64,000 bases of DNA from the human T2T-CHM13v2.0 reference genome, Homo sapiens. The stretch lies in assembly GCF_009914755.1 (NCBI RefSeq), contig NC_060941.1. One strand, 5' to 3'. How positions within the stretch are numbered: position 1 is the stretch's first letter; the number at the start of each line of letters is the position of its first letter. The position numbers were made by a program, and so were the translations under genes. Positions 24,671 through 47,772 of this stretch are shown in pieces. Under the pieces are notes generated by a model. The model had not been told where the DNA came from. It did not search any database and was given only the letters and a program-made list of their open reading frames with translations.

Positions 24671-25670
24671 CAATGATACGGTATTCCCCAGGAGTATGGG
24701 GAACATAACACAATTTAACCAGTTCTTATTTATCCAATTCCCAATTATGGGCAATTAGACATGATCTCCATATATGCAGAACTGACCTACTACGAACATT
24801 TTCTTTTTTAATGTAATATTGAAGTATAATATGCATACAGAAAATTACACAGGACGTAAGTGTGTAGCTCATATAATATTCACAAACACAACATACCAAT
24901 GTACCCAGATCAACAAACAGTATCACCAGCATCTCAACAGCCCCCTTTTATGCCCTCCTTCGAGTAACTACCCATTCCCTTCCACAAGAATAACTATATC
25001 CTGACTTCTAATCCTACAGATGGGTTTTGCCCATTTTTAACCTTTGTATAAATGAATCGTATAGTATGTACTTGATGTGTCTGTTTTCTCTTGCTCAACA
25101 TTACGTTTTTGAGATTTATCTGTTAATTACTTCGATACCACTTCCCCTGATCCCATTCAGGACTCATGTGCTCTCTGATTGCCCAAATTCCCCATACAGC
25201 ACTTTATCCAGGGCTAATCTTTCAGAGTGCCATTTTTTCAAAACTGCATAGGGATCCTTTCCTTCAATCTAACACGTCACATCACAATTCCTATTCCCTA
25301 TACCTATCACAGCTAGATCTAGCAGAGGCACAATGTTGCCTGAATCCAGGGAGCAGCATTTACTATAGAATACGATGTGAAACTGCAAAGCAGCAGTTCC
25401 TGTTACTAGGAGGAAAGTAATTTGATTAAAGAAAACACTGATGAAGGTATAAAGTCTTCTATCCCATGCTTTAAGTAGCTTCCAACTATGTTACCTAGGT
25501 AGCAACTGAATGAAGCAGCTAGAGACAAAAAAAAAAAAAAAGAATACGATTTATCTCAGACCATACAAACATACAAATGACCCTGGTAAGGAAAAGATAT
25601 AAATGATTATTAATCTCCATTTCTTGAACTGCTCCGGGAGACTAATTTTGTTTTTTGTTTTGTTTTTTGA

Positions 25671-25868
<198 letters not shown>

Positions 25869-26139
25869 TGAACTCCTGACCTCAGGTGATCTGCCTGCCC
25901 TGGCCTCCCAGAGTGCTGGGATTACAGGCTTGAGCCAACACGCCAGCCAGGGATACTAATTTTTAACCCAAAATATTTCATTTTAAGCACCTAACTGCCA
26001 TCCCCCAGAAGATATCATGCCAAAAGTCAAATTGCCCTAGACTCCAGCATCGACCCCATCCTGGCTCTCAATACCAGGAGAAAAGCCTACCTGTGAGTCA
26101 GTGCCTCCTGGAATCCCTAGAATCATGGCACCATGCAGT

Positions 26140-27218
<1,079 letters not shown>

Positions 27219-28443
27219 TTGGGAATGGTGATGTGAGGAGTTAGGTAAAACTTCTTTTCTAGAGAGACATCTATTAAACTAGTCAAAATTACCAAAGACA
27301 ATCATTCAAAGTCTCTGGAGATTGATTAAAATGCTTAAGACAAGCCTAATCTATGGAATTCGGTAAGGACAGTAGGAAGAATGCCCCACCCTCCACAGCT
27401 GTGTGTGTGGAAGGGCTATGCGAGAGCCTTCAAGGCAGCCTGAAAGCGGCACCCTTTCCCTGACTCCTAAATGCTACTCGGTAGGGAAGATCAAAGCATA
27501 ACAGCTAATGACAGCCTACGCAGTCCTCTATTCCCCACAGCTCTGTGTTGCAGAAGAGTTGTTCCAATGGGTTCAGCAGCTCAGTGGTAGTTCCCACTAC
27601 TCCCAGTTTCCTAGAGCTATTCCAGGTTTGTATGTTTGCAACTAGTGAACATCCAGAGATTGCATCTCAAAAGGCTTTGTGCTGAGGAAGATGCAAAGTG
27701 AGCCATAGTATCAGCTCCTAACTCCCCAACCCCAAGCTTCTGCTATTTAGGGAGGACCCAGATAGGAGAGCCACTGAAGAACAGGCCCCCATTACCACCA
27801 CCACCCTCTCCAACTCCTGCTCCATAGCACAGAGATTGTTTCCAGGAAAGGATGGGGAAAGGATTATCAAAGACGGGCAATACCTTGCCCCTGCCGAGGT
27901 GCCCAACTTTATTTGGATCAAGACTATGGCGCAATTTATGCTCTGGGCACTGTCAAAAACAACAGAGCCAGCAGCTAGCAATCAGTGGAGACTAACAGCT
28001 TGCTGTGACACCAATAGAGACAGACCAGCCAAAAATTCAATGAAGAAATCAATGAAGGAAACAGAGACCTGCTAAGAGCATAGTCTTCCTGGTGTTCTAG
28101 AAGATTGTTCTCATGCCCAAAGCTGTGCCTTCTGAGAAGTAAATAGAGAGGGAACGTCTGAGCCTCTACTCCTTGGCTGAACACAGTACAAATTCATCAA
28201 CTCCCTCAACCATGAAAGTAGTCTCCTAACCAGAAACACAGATTCAACAGTAAAAGGTGAAAACATCACTGGCTTAAATTAAAAGGCTTAGCTAGGTACA
28301 ACCTCCGACCAATCACTGACTGACCGCTGGAGTTGACAAGGACAAGAAACAAAATGGAAACTGCCATAGAGGGGCTCAACAGTAGATCTGGGCTGGCAGA
28401 AGAAAGAATCCACGAATTAAAGTTTTTTTTTTGTTTTGTTTTA

Positions 28444-30650
<2,207 letters not shown>

Positions 30651-30882
30651 AAAGGCTAACACCACACTGATTTTATCTATTTAAATATTCCAACATGGAA
30701 AAAACATTTTTCTTTTTCTAGCCTTAAAAGACTATTAGAGTTGGTCACCTTAATCCAACTTCTTGGTTTTACAAATGAAAAATGAAATCTAGAAAAGCTA
30801 GGGCCATGGTCAGATAATTAGGTAGTAGTGGAGCTGGACAGAACCCTGCACTCTTAACTCCTACTTCAATACTCTGTAATAG

Positions 30883-31218
<336 letters not shown>

Positions 31219-31604
31219 TAATTTCTTATCAGAGATGGGGTCTTGCTATGTTGCCCAGGCTGGCCCTGATCTCGTGGGCTCAAGCAATCATCCCACCTCA
31301 GTCTCCCAAGGAGCTGGGATACCACTGTGCCCACTGGTATTTTTAGCTCTGATACTGCCTCATGAAAACCAGTTAACATTACTTATTTTTATACAGCATT
31401 TTATTAGAACAAAAAATTGCAATTAGGGGTATTACTAGAATTAAAATTCTGACACTTCAGACTGCAACTGCTGGGTGCAATGGCTCAGGCCTGTAATCCC
31501 AGCATTTTAAGAGGCCAAGGCTGGTGGGTCACTTGAGCTCAGGAGTTCGAGACCAGCCTGGGCAACAGAGTGAAACCCCATCTCTATAAAAATACAAAAA
31601 ATTA

Positions 31605-31760
<156 letters not shown>

Positions 31761-32247
31761 TTAAAAATTTTTTAAATTAAAAAAAAAAAGACTGCAAACT
31801 ATTTGAAACAGTATATTGATTAGAGTATTTTTATAGAAAAATGTATCCTCCATTATAATCATGGCAATAATAAATTAATCTGGACCCGACACTTCCAGCC
31901 TACAAAGGTATAAAGCCAGTGAGCTAACCCATTCTGTTGTCTGGCTGCAGACAAGGTATACTGTTCACTTGGAAGCTCCTTGAAAGAAAAAATTACTCCA
32001 CTGCATGAAAACAAATCTAACATATGTCAAATTAAATTGTGTCCTATACTGACACACCAAGAAAAGAAAGAAGCAGAAGTTTAAAGACCTGGAAACTTCA
32101 AAAGAATTCTCTAAGGATGCAAGGGCTAAACTACCTTTTCTTTTGATCCTACAAAAAAAAAATTAGTAAATTACTAACGTACTATAAAAGCACTATCTTC
32201 CTTTACTAATGAAAGGAAATTAACGCCGGGCTGGGCGTGGTGGCTCA

Positions 32248-32587
<340 letters not shown>

Positions 32588-32594
32588 TTACTGG

Positions 32595-33975
32595 CAATCT
32601 AAATAAATGAAGAGATATTCCATGTACATGGATAGGAAGACAATACTGTCAAGATGTCATTTCTTCGCAACTTAATCTATCTTAATTAAAACATAATCCC
32701 AATTAAAATCCCAGCAAGGGCCGGGCGCGGTGGCTCACGCCTGTAATCCCAGCACTTTGGGAGGCTGAGGCGGGTGGATCACAAGGTCAGGAGATTGAGA
32801 CCATCCTGGCTAACACAGTGAAACCCTGTCTCTACTAAAAATGCAAAAAATTAGCCGGGCGTTGTGGCAGGCGCCTGTAGTCCCAGCTACTCGGGAGGCT
32901 GAGGCGAGAGAACGGCACGAATCTGGGAGGCAGAGCTTGTAGTGAGCCGAGATCAGGCCACTGCACTCCAGCCCGGGTGACAGAGCAAGACTCCATCTCA
33001 AAAAAAAAAAAAAAAAAAATCCCAGCAAGTTCAGCAAGTTATTTTGTGGATTTCAACAGACTGGTTCTAAAGTTTATATGAAAAAGACCCAGAATGGCCT
33101 AAACAATTTTGAAGAGGAAGAACAAAACTTCAAGAGTTACTATAAAGCTCCAATAACCAGGACAGTGTGGTATTGGTGGAAGAACAGACAATCAGATAAA
33201 TGGAACAAGATACAGAGCCCAGAAACAGACCCATATAAGAATAGTCAGCTGATATTTAACAAAGAAGCGAAGGCATTTCAACAGAAAAAGGACAGTGTTT
33301 TGAACAAATGGTACCGCAACAACTGTGCGTCCAAATACTAAAAGACAATAGAAGAGAAAATCTAGATGACTTTGGGTACGACAATGACTTTTTTAGATAC
33401 AACAATAAAGACACAATCTATGAAAGAAATAATTGATAAGGTAGACTTCGTCAAAAATAAAAACTTCTGCTCTGCAAAAGTCAATGTCAAAACAATTAGA
33501 AGATAAACCACAGACTGGGAGAAAATATTTACAAAAGATCTATCTGTTAAATAACTATTTAAAATATGCAAAGACCTCTTAACAATAAGAAAACAACCCG
33601 GCTGGGCGTGCTGGCTCACGCCTGTAATCCCAGCACTTTGGGAGGCCAAGGCGGGCAGATGACCTGAGGCCAGGAGTTCGAGACCAGCCTGGCCAACATG
33701 GAGAAACCGCGCCTCTACTAAAAATACAGAATTAGCCAGGCGTGGTGGCACATGCCTATAATCCCAGCTAAAACCATATAACACAAAGAGTGATCCCTTT
33801 AGTTAATAATAATGTGTCAATATTGGCTCACCAATTGCAACTTATATGTCATACAAATCAAAGATGTTAATAGGAGAAATTGCTGTGGGAGGTTGAGGGG
33901 ATGAATGTCAACCCTCTGTACTTTCTACTCAATTTTTCTGTAAACTTAAAAATGCTCTAAAAAATAAAGTCTATT
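32595..33975 (+). mobile_element. L1M ORF2/3' fragments with nested Alus
   Basis: ORF 33078..33341 (YYKAPITRTVWYWWKNRQSDKWNKIQSPE) is L1 ORF2-like. Confidence 0.8.
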
Positions 33976-34452
33976 AATTTTTTTTTTGGTGTTTTTTTTT
34001 TTTTTTTTTAGTAGAGATGGGGTTTTACCATGTTGGTAAGGCTGGTCTTCCAACTTCTGACCTCAAGCAATCCACCTGCCTTGCCCTCCCAAAGTGCTGG
34101 GATTACAGGCGTGAGCCACCGTGCCCAGCCAAGTCTATTAGTTTTAAAAAACACAACTTAAAATAAACATCTTACCAGGTCTAATGAAGACGTTTTCCAC
34201 AGACAACATTGCTGCTATTGGAAGTAGTAAATCTTCACAATCCAGGGAAGCAGCTTTTATTACTGCACATGTCAGATGTGGAGGCAAAGGAAACTCCACC
34301 ATAGACAAACCCAATCTGGTGACATGGCCACTCCTTAATACAAAGAAAAAGTTTGTAAGTCTTTCTACACTAGGAGAGTACAAATGTAACATTCATCATT
34401 CAGAATAAATCAGATATAATTTACATTACCTCCAATCACCTCCAGAAGTTCA

Positions 34453-34698
<246 letters not shown>

Positions 34699-34767
34699 CT
34701 ACTAAGGAGGCTGAGGGGGATTACACCTGTAATCCCAGCACTTTGGGAGGCCGAGGCAGGTAGATCA

Positions 34768-34986
<219 letters not shown>

Positions 34987-35515
34987 TCAAAAAAAAAAAA
35001 AGGAAGATGTCTTTGAAGACATGAGAGAATAATAATTTTATTTTTTAAATTTTACCTTTTTTTTTTTTTTTGGAGACAGGGTCTTGCTCCGTCTCCCAGG
35101 CTGGAGTGCAATGGCGCAATCTCCTCAGCTCACTGCACCCCTCACCTCCGAAGCTCAGACGATCCTCCCACCTCAGCTTCCCGAGTAGCTGGGACTACTG
35201 GCGTGTGCCAACACCATTGGCTAATTTTTGTATTTTCAGTAGAGATGGGTTTTACTATGTTTCCCAGGCTTGTCTCGAACAACTGGGCCCAAGCAATCTG
35301 CTCGCCTTGGCCTCCCAAAGTGCTGGAATTACCGGCGTGAGCCACCACGCACATCCAAGAGAATAATAATTATTAATATCAAACCTAACCACCCCATCAC
35401 ACAAACATGAAAACAAGGACTCTGGCTCTCTTATCATTTTTATGTATCCAGCATAATGCTTGGCACTGAAATGGTACTCAGAAATTACTTGTTAAATAAT
35501 ACCAATATTTATTAA

Positions 35516-35785
<270 letters not shown>

Positions 35786-36414
35786 TGATCCACCGACCTC
35801 GGCCTCCCAAAGTGCTGGGATTACAGGCATGAGCCACAGCGCCCGGCTGGTTTTTCAATCAGAATTGTGATGAAAGACTAACAATCCATTCAATTTAAAG
35901 AAATTATTTTCTACTGTTAGAGAAAGGTATTTAGAGCCCTGTTTAAAAGGAGATCAATATCTGTTTTGATTGTGATTTTTTTTTTTTTTTACCTGTCAAT
36001 AGCATCACACTGGTAAAGCTGTTTAAGAGCTTCTAAAATAAGTCTCTCATTAGGTGGATCCAAATAGGGAAACCTGTGTGTTTAAATAAGATATGAAGTG
36101 AGAGGCATTCCTTGAACATGGTAGGATTTTATATAGATATGACGAAAATTTCTTTAAAAGGTTTTATTTCTATTTTTCAAGTCATCTTTTTCTAAAAAAA
36201 AATTATATGATCATGATCAGCATTTGGCAAAAGAGGAAATAATTTTTTTCTGAATCACACTCCTCTACTTCAAGAAGTGATTCTTTTTGACTCCCCTTAG
36301 CTGAAATACTCTCACCAGTCTACTTATCCTAATCCTGCCCCACCCATCCTTCACAGCCTATGTCAAGTCTACTCTTTTCTGCAGTCCATAATTTTTTTCC
36401 AAACTTTTATAAAA

Positions 36415-36465
36415 ATAGTAGAGAAATATTAATAGTAGAGAAGTATTAATAGTAGAGAAATATTA
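36415..36465. repeat. 17-bp tandem repeat x3 (ATAGTAGAGAAATATTA)
   Basis: Read directly from the sequence. Confidence 0.8.
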
Positions 36466-36466
36466 A

Positions 36467-36661
<195 letters not shown>

Positions 36662-37819
36662 TAGCTAATTTTTTGTATTTTAGTAGAGACAGGGTTTCAC
36701 CATGTTGCCCAGGCTGGTCTTGAACTCCTGTGCTTAAGCAATCCGCCCACCTCGGCCTCCCAAAGTGCTAGGATTACAGGCGTGAGCCACCGCACCCAGC
36801 CTCAAAATGCTTCTTAAATTCAATTTAATTTTTTTTTTTTTTTGAGACGGAGTCTCACTCTGCTGCCCAGGTTGGAGTGCAGTGTGGCAATCTCGGCTCA
36901 CTACAACCTCCGTCTCCTGGGTTCAAGTGATTCTCCTGCCTCAGCCTGCTGAGTAGCTGGGATTACAGGCACCTGCCACCATGCCCAGATAATTTTTGTA
37001 TTTTTAGTAGAGGCGGGGTTTCACCATATTGGTCAGGCTTGTCTCAAACTCCTGACCTCAGGTGATCCACCCACTTCAGCCTCCCAAAGTGCTGGGATTA
37101 CGGGCGTAAGCCACCGCACCCGGCCGGACAAAATGCTTTCATATAAATGGGGAAATATATTCAATTAATTTAGCCATATTTGTGTCACATATGTGTACAT
37201 GTGTATGTACTTATTTTCTGCCAAACTATCTCAGAATAAGTTGCAAATACAATGCCATTGCACACTTACAACTATCTCGGCATGCATCTCCTGAAAATAA
37301 GGACATTCTCTTACATCACCATAATGCGCTATTAATAAATATAATAAAATTAACAATTAACAATAATATTCAAAAGGGATAGCATCATCAAACATGAATA
37401 TATATTTTTTAAAAACAGGAAAAATAATTACTTGATATCATCTGCACTGGGTTATTTTTTCCACCTTAAATCTGGATATGAAAAATCATCTACTCCAACT
37501 TCTCACCTTGAAAAAAATCCAATAGAAGACAAAAGGTCCAATACCTTATATAAAATGTCCATTCCAGGATTGATAACCCTATTTAAAAATAAATAAATAA
37601 AACAAGGCCAAGGATGGTAGCTCACGCCTATAATTTCAGCACTCTGGGAGGCTGAGGCAGGAGGACTGCTTGAGCTCAGGAGTTTGACAACAGCCTAGGC
37701 AACACAGCAAGATCCCATCTCTTATAAAAAGAAAAAATAATAAGCAAACAATAATCTCTTACACTGTTCTACTGCCAGCTTTCCTACAATTTGTACCAAT
37801 AGGTCCTGGTAGCTTCTAC

Positions 37820-38019
37820 AGCAAGAATTGGTAAACATTTTCCGTAAAGGGCCAGATAGTAAATAGCTTAGGCTTGCAGGCCATATGGTCTCTGTCACAA
37901 TTACTCAACCATGCTATTACAGTGAAAGCAGCCACACATAAACAAATGGGTATGGCTGCATTCTAACATTTTATTTACAAAAACAGTCAGTGAGATTAGA
38001 CCACAGTTTGCCACCCTTG
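37820..38019 (+). mobile_element. MER58A (hAT-Charlie)
   Basis: GTAAAGGGCCAGATAGTAAATA...GCAGGCCATATGGTCTCTGTCACAA...CAGTTTGCCACCCTTG. Confidence 0.75.
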
Positions 38020-38306
38020 TGCTAGAGCAATACCAAACCAGTCAGCTGCTTCTTCTATATAAAAGGAAAAACTACTTATTCTAAAATATTGCAATTAATT
38101 TCCCCCCTTGATTCCTCCAATTACCAATTCTGTCAACCACTCCTTATAAGTTACTTGGTTTCTAAGAGATCTACCATACCTAAGTACCATTCTCTAAAAA
38201 CACTAGTATGTCAAACTCCTCATAAAACTTGATTATATCCAAAACTGAACTCCAAATGTTGAGTGACCAACACATAACAGGAATGCTGTAATTCCCCATC
38301 ACCTAG

Positions 38307-38550
<244 letters not shown>

Positions 38551-39160
38551 TAGCCAGGATGATCTCCATCTCCTGACCTCGCAATCCGCCCACTGTGGCC
38601 TCCCAAAGTGCTGGGATTACAGGCGTGAGCCACCGCACCCGGCCTAAAAAAAAATTTTTTAAACAGAGCCATACGTATAAGCCAATATTAAGGTTGTGAT
38701 GATCTGATAATTTCAGATCTCTACCACATGTATTTGCTATTGTACATCCCAAACACAGGATATAAGATATATCCTTTCAAATTTACACCCTGTTGATTTT
38801 TGCCCATGGTTCTAATCTGTTAAAGTCATTTTAAAGCTTGGTCATCTACCTATTAGATATTAAGATATTTTCCAGAAAAATATAATCATAACTTCAATAT
38901 TTTTATTCAGTATCATTAAAAATGTTTATCAAGAAAAAACTAAGTTCAGCACAATACCAGTAAAAACTTCATCTAGTCTACACTAAGCAATTAATTAATA
39001 CTTTTCTAGACTGGGCTATCTGGCAACTATACTCAGCAGTACTGTCATCTACAGACTACTTTTTTATTCACAAGATATCAAATGCAGTATTGTTAAATAC
39101 TGTGCTGAAAATAAAAGACATTAGGTTAAATTTCAATAAATTCTTGTGGAGCACCCATTA

Positions 39161-39424
<264 letters not shown>

Positions 39425-40429
39425 TCATACTCATTAATCGTCATTAAATTTCCTTAAACCATTTTTCAATAAACTGTACTAGAGTTCGCTAGTAATCAAT
39501 GTCAAGCTTACTGGGTAGTTGTTTCCAGAACCCGCCCTTTTTACCAAATGAAAAAAATTAAGACTTTTGCCTTTCTCACCATTTTCTGATAACGTATTCT
39601 GCATAATTTCTCATAGATGACCTACAGTGACTCTGACGCTAAATCTGCAAGTTCTTTTAACACCACGGAAATAATGTCTAAATGCTCAAGACAAAATCAC
39701 TTATGGTGGTAGGTTTTCCCTCATTATTTCCTTCCACCTTAGTCATCAATTCCTTCTTATTCAGACCTGTTCTTGCATTTTCAGCTTTAAAATTATTCTT
39801 CCTGATGGAAAAGAAAGGGAAAGCAAAATAATAATTGAGAAGGTCCATTTTCTTTCTGTCGTCTATGAATCCTATACCATCTACCCCAAACACTGGCTCT
39901 ACCTCTCCTTATTCTTTATACAACTTTTTAAAAAGGAAGTCTTTGTTTTTTGTTTCAAGCATTTTGAAACAAAATTTTGCGATTTTTAGTACACTATGGC
40001 TTTTAAGACTTAAGATGGAAAAATAATTCAATGCAGATGATATTAATTATTGTTCCTATTTTTCTAATATATACTCATTCTTGGTTAGAGGCTGCTCTGC
40101 TATCCTTTGTGAATATACTAAGAGTCAATGTCAAACTTACTGAGCAGCTATTTCCAAAAATGGCCCTTTTTCCCCAAATGAAAAAAATCAAGACATTATT
40201 TTAATATCTGGGTTCATCTGAAAGTTTTCTATTGGGCTCTTTGGATTTCTTTAAATGGCGCTTTCCTTCTTTTCATTGGTATAATTTATTGCTACAGTCA
40301 GAATTTCATTTATTACATGCTTTTCTCTTTCCAGTATCTACATATTCTCATTCAGAAAATCTCTAGTCTAATGATAACTATCAAAACATTTTGAAATTGG
40401 CAAATTGGCTTTCCAAGAGTATACAATGA

Positions 40430-42353
<1,924 letters not shown>

Positions 42354-42904
42354 CTACATACCTTATGACATCGTGTATGGCAAGGCACTTTAAGGTCAGA
42401 ACTACAGATGTCAAACTAGTTCTCTTAATTTCAGGGATCACATGGTCAGGCATACACTGGTTCCAAAAATCTTTACTATAGATCCGAAAGCATTTTCCTG
42501 AAGAAGTCCTGCCAGCTCGGCCACTTCGCTGTAATGCCTCGCTCCTACAAAAGGAAAAAAACCCAAAAATTCCCCAAAATGTTCTGTGGGTTTCTCAGGT
42601 AATTTACTTTGTCTCCCCAAAACAGCTAGAAATTACCTAATCAGTTGTTCTTTGAATAAAAAGATTTGACATAGAGACTTACTTTGAAATTGGAACCACC
42701 TCCAGGATGTCCAACCCTAATCTGGGGTTGTGATTTAACTGCTTCACAAAGCCACCATCTACCACATATCTAAGAAGAATCAAAGCAAGTTAAGTTTCTG
42801 GAAAATAAAAGAAGACTTGTTAATTGTTAACCACTTTGGTTTCTCCTTTTCTAGCAAACTAGCAGGTACACAATGCCTTTTATGTTAAGTGTAAAACTTG
42901 AAAG

Positions 42905-43680
42905 TCAAGAAATTGGAACCCTCGTATGTTGTTGGTGGGAATGTAAAATGGTTCAGCCGAGGTGGAAAATTGTTCGGAGGTCCTCAAGAAGTTAAACACA
43001 AAATTACCATATGATCCAGCAATTCCATTTCTAAGTGTACACCAAAAAGAACTGAGAACAAGTACTCAAACAAATACTTATAGACCAATGTTCATATCAG
43101 CACTATGAATCACAGCCATAAGGTAAAAACAACCTAAATGTCCATTAACCATTAATGGAAGAAGGGATGAACAAATTGCTTTGCATATATGTATGTAGTA
43201 TATATACACACGCATATATACACACACAATGGAATATATATATATATACACACACACACTATGCAATATTATTCAGCCACAAAAAAGAATGAAGTACTGA
43301 TACATGCTACAATGTGGACGAACCTCAAAAATATTATGCTAAGTGAAAGAAAGCAAACACAGAAGGCCACATATTATATGATTCTATTTGTATGAAATAT
43401 CCAGAATAGAAAATACCTACTGCTTCCTGCTGACACATCTAAAGAATTTTTTAAAAAAGAAAATACGTACAAACAAAAAGTAAGACTGGTAGTTGCCAAG
43501 GGCTGGGGTCGAGAGGGGAATGTGGAGTACCTGCTTAATGGGTATGGGGTTTTATTTTGAGGTGTTGAAATATTTTAGAACTAAGCAGAAGCAGTGGTTG
43601 CGCAATACTGTAAATGTACTAAGTACTACTTAATTTTTCATTTTAAATGATTAATTTTATGTGAATTTTGCCTCAATACA
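42905..43680 (+). mobile_element. L1M 3' end
   Basis: GGAACCCTCGTATGTTGTTGGTGGGAATGTAAAATGG...CATATGATCCAGCAATTCCA; contains a (TA)/(CA) microsatellite at about 43185-43260. Confidence 0.8.
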
Positions 43681-45063
43681 AAAATACACAAACTTGAAAG
43701 TCAGCTTCAGACCATTTAAACAGATTCAGAATCTAATTTCAACTAGCCCTTAACATGCCATTCTAAGCCAATTAAATGGTGAACAAGTCAGGTAAGGAAC
43801 CAAAGTAGGATAGCAGTAACAAGACAACATTCTGAAACATGCTATTTAATGGCTTTTGCCTGTGCAGGAAACAGAAAATTACAGAGGTTAATTTACCCAG
43901 GAGAGCACTCCCTTAATCCCTTAGTGAAACCATTATTTTTAAAGTAACGAAGAAAAGCAGAGGAAATTAGACTTCCTCTCAGACCTGGGTGATCATTTTA
44001 CCCAGAAGAAACACACAGGATCTTTGAGATTCAGGTTCAGCCTTCCGGAGACAGACAATCAGACTTAGCTAAAGAAATAAAATATATTCGGTAAATGATA
44101 AATAACCCAGTCTTAAAGAACTTTGCATTAGTTGTCAGTCCAGACTTAAAATTTATTTGTGTTTCCTTACTAAATTTACCCAAAAATTTGATAGCACTAT
44201 TTACTACATCCAGAAAAGATAAGGGACCTGAATCATAGTTAATTTTCACAAAAAGGTAAAAAGTCAGAGACAATACATCCAGATAAACATTGGATATACA
44301 AACTCTACCGAGTGAGGCTGCAAGGTAGAAGGAAATATCAAATCATCTAAGGTATATGCTTATAATGGGAGTACAGAAAAATAGGTTTGGCTTCCTATTT
44401 AGTGAAACCCATAAAGCATTATACATAATCTTAAATTTGAAAAGAAGCTTCAAGTTGCCAAGTAGTTAAAAAGTGTGAACAGCCAAGTATGGTGACACAT
44501 GCCTGTGGTCCCAGCTACCCAGGAGACTGAGGCGGGAGGATTGGCTGATCTCCATACAAGGCTGTAGTGTGCTATGACTGCACGCCTGTGAATAGTCACT
44601 ATATTCCAGCCTCAGCAACATAATGAGACCCTGTCTCTAAAAAAACAAAAAGTGTGAATAGGAATATAGTATGTACCTCCTACTCCATTTCCTGCTCAAA
44701 GCAATCAATAATTACAAAACAAAATAGGTGATTACATGTTAAGAACATCAAAAAGTAGGAGAGAAGGGAATTAGTGGAGGGCACAGAAAAGCAAACTCAG
44801 TAATGTTTAGCTAATGTTTAGTAACGATAGGCTTCCTTGACTTTAAGAGAAAGTTCAAAAGTTTTACCTGGTTCCATCTATTGTCAAAGACGTTGCAGAA
44901 ATATTGGTGGATATGACACATTTTCTAATTCCAGGTGGCGGTGGCAAAAATATCCTCCTCTGTTGATCTAAAGTATATATAAAAAGAAAATACCAATTTA
45001 CAACATGCATGTGTCAAACTCGAGTTTTGAAGAACTCAATTTTTCATTACAAGTCATGTTTCT

Positions 45064-45453
<390 letters not shown>

Positions 45454-45997
45454 CTATGTACATATTTAGTTAATGATTAATAACAAACCAAACATAATGG
45501 GTTTTTATCAGTTTCAATGTAAATTATAAAAGCATCAGTGAACCAAATCTTGAGAAAACAATGAGAACCTTAAACAATGATCCTAAGAATTTCCCTGAAG
45601 ATGACAAAATCTAAAATAGATATCTATGCTTTAATAGAGAGTAAGAAGCTAATATCATCATAAAAAAGATTTCCAAAATAGCACATCTATGTTCTTTACT
45701 GACACATATATTCCAAAACTTTGTTAATATAGGGATAAGAATCACCCAATCAACAAAAGCTGTTAATACACATACATGTAAAATATAAAAACATTCAAAT
45801 GCTAATTCCAACTCCAAATAGGAGGCTAAGGTTAATTTCCCTTTAACTTTACAAGTTAAATTCCATAATAAAAGTTTTATAAAACAAATTCTAAACCTCA
45901 TTCAACAATATTTACCATAACCAAAATGTCAAATCAAGAGTTTGCATTTGCTCTTGGAATTCACCAAAGAACAGGATCATTCTTGAAAAGCAGACTA

Positions 45998-46353
<356 letters not shown>

Positions 46354-47642
46354 TTAGACTTAGATATAGCTGGATATACACAATTTCTAAAAATTCTGTG
46401 GCAATGGCAAATTAGGTTTTGACTTACAGTAATACCAGCAAGAAACTACTGTCCTCATTTCAAAGAATTCTCACCAATAGTTTTGTTTTGCTGGGAGAAA
46501 CAATACTCTAAACGATAATAAGGGGGATATCCACGACTCTCAAAAAAGTGAATGTAAAAAGACTTCAGGCAAAAATCACTACTGTCAAGGAATGCTGGTT
46601 CTCACTGATTTGTTTCATGATCTGGATGTGGGTTACAAAGGTGAGACTGGTTTGTGAAACTTACCTAAGCACTTAAGATCTGACTGCTTTTCTGTAAACA
46701 CGATTATTCAATAAAAAGTTTTTTAAAAAAATCAAATTTTCTATTCTAATGAGAAATTACCAGTTGTCATTGATCCATAACACGGCAATATTAACAAGCC
46801 ATCGAGGATGGTATCTTGAACATCATAATCATAATCAACAGACTCTGCCATCTGAAAAAGTAACTCACAACTTTTTTCTATTTCAAACTGGCCTAAAATG
46901 GGAAGAAAAAAATAACTTCAGCAACTGAACAGAAAAATTAATTTAAAAATAAAGAAAATGTCAAGATTAAAATTAATTTTGCCTAAAAGTTATTGTAAAT
47001 CTCTCATTTAATGTAAAGGAGATGAACACATAAGCTGTACCATATTTCAACAATAAAATTCGAAGTAGAAGAAACATCAGTTTCTAAGAAACTTAAATCT
47101 CTAAAGGAATAAAAATATTTATCATCGTCAAGCTTTTCACCCTGTATTTGAGAAGACTCACCAAATTGTTAACAAAGGAGAAAAGCTAGTCCAGGTGCTA
47201 TTGCATTTGGTTAAATTTCAAAATACTTAAGTAATCTCCAAAAAGGCAAAGATTGTGACAATCCCTTACTTCTGACATTAGTACAAGGCAGAGGAAAAAG
47301 GTAAACAAGGAAACTACTAATTCCTATTAGGAGGGTGCTGCTACTTGAAAAGTTATGCCACTAGTTTGGGATTTAACTATTTTATTTTTGATCTCCAAAA
47401 ATGCCACATGCTTGTCTACGACACATAGATTCTACACCTTATGTGTTGTTATCACACAGTACAATGCCACCACCCAAAGAAGAACCTGGTGAAATGTCCT
47501 TTGAAATAATGGAATTAACTCAGGTCTGTTTAGTCAGGTTTCATTTCTATCTAAGACAGACCAACAAAAAACAATATTTCACTATTTAATTTCTTTCTAT
47601 TAAAAGGTCAGTGTGTTTTACATATATTTACTAATGAGCCTG

Positions 47643-47772
47643 ATGTCTTTGACATTTGACATATATGTGTGTGTATATATACATATACACTATTACGTCT
47701 TTGACATATACTACTATGTCTTTGACATAAAATATATATACATACTATTATGTCTTTGACATAAATATATAT
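47643..47772. repeat. Degenerate AT-rich tandem repeat (TGTCTTTGACAT... x4)
   Basis: Read directly from the sequence. Confidence 0.7.
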
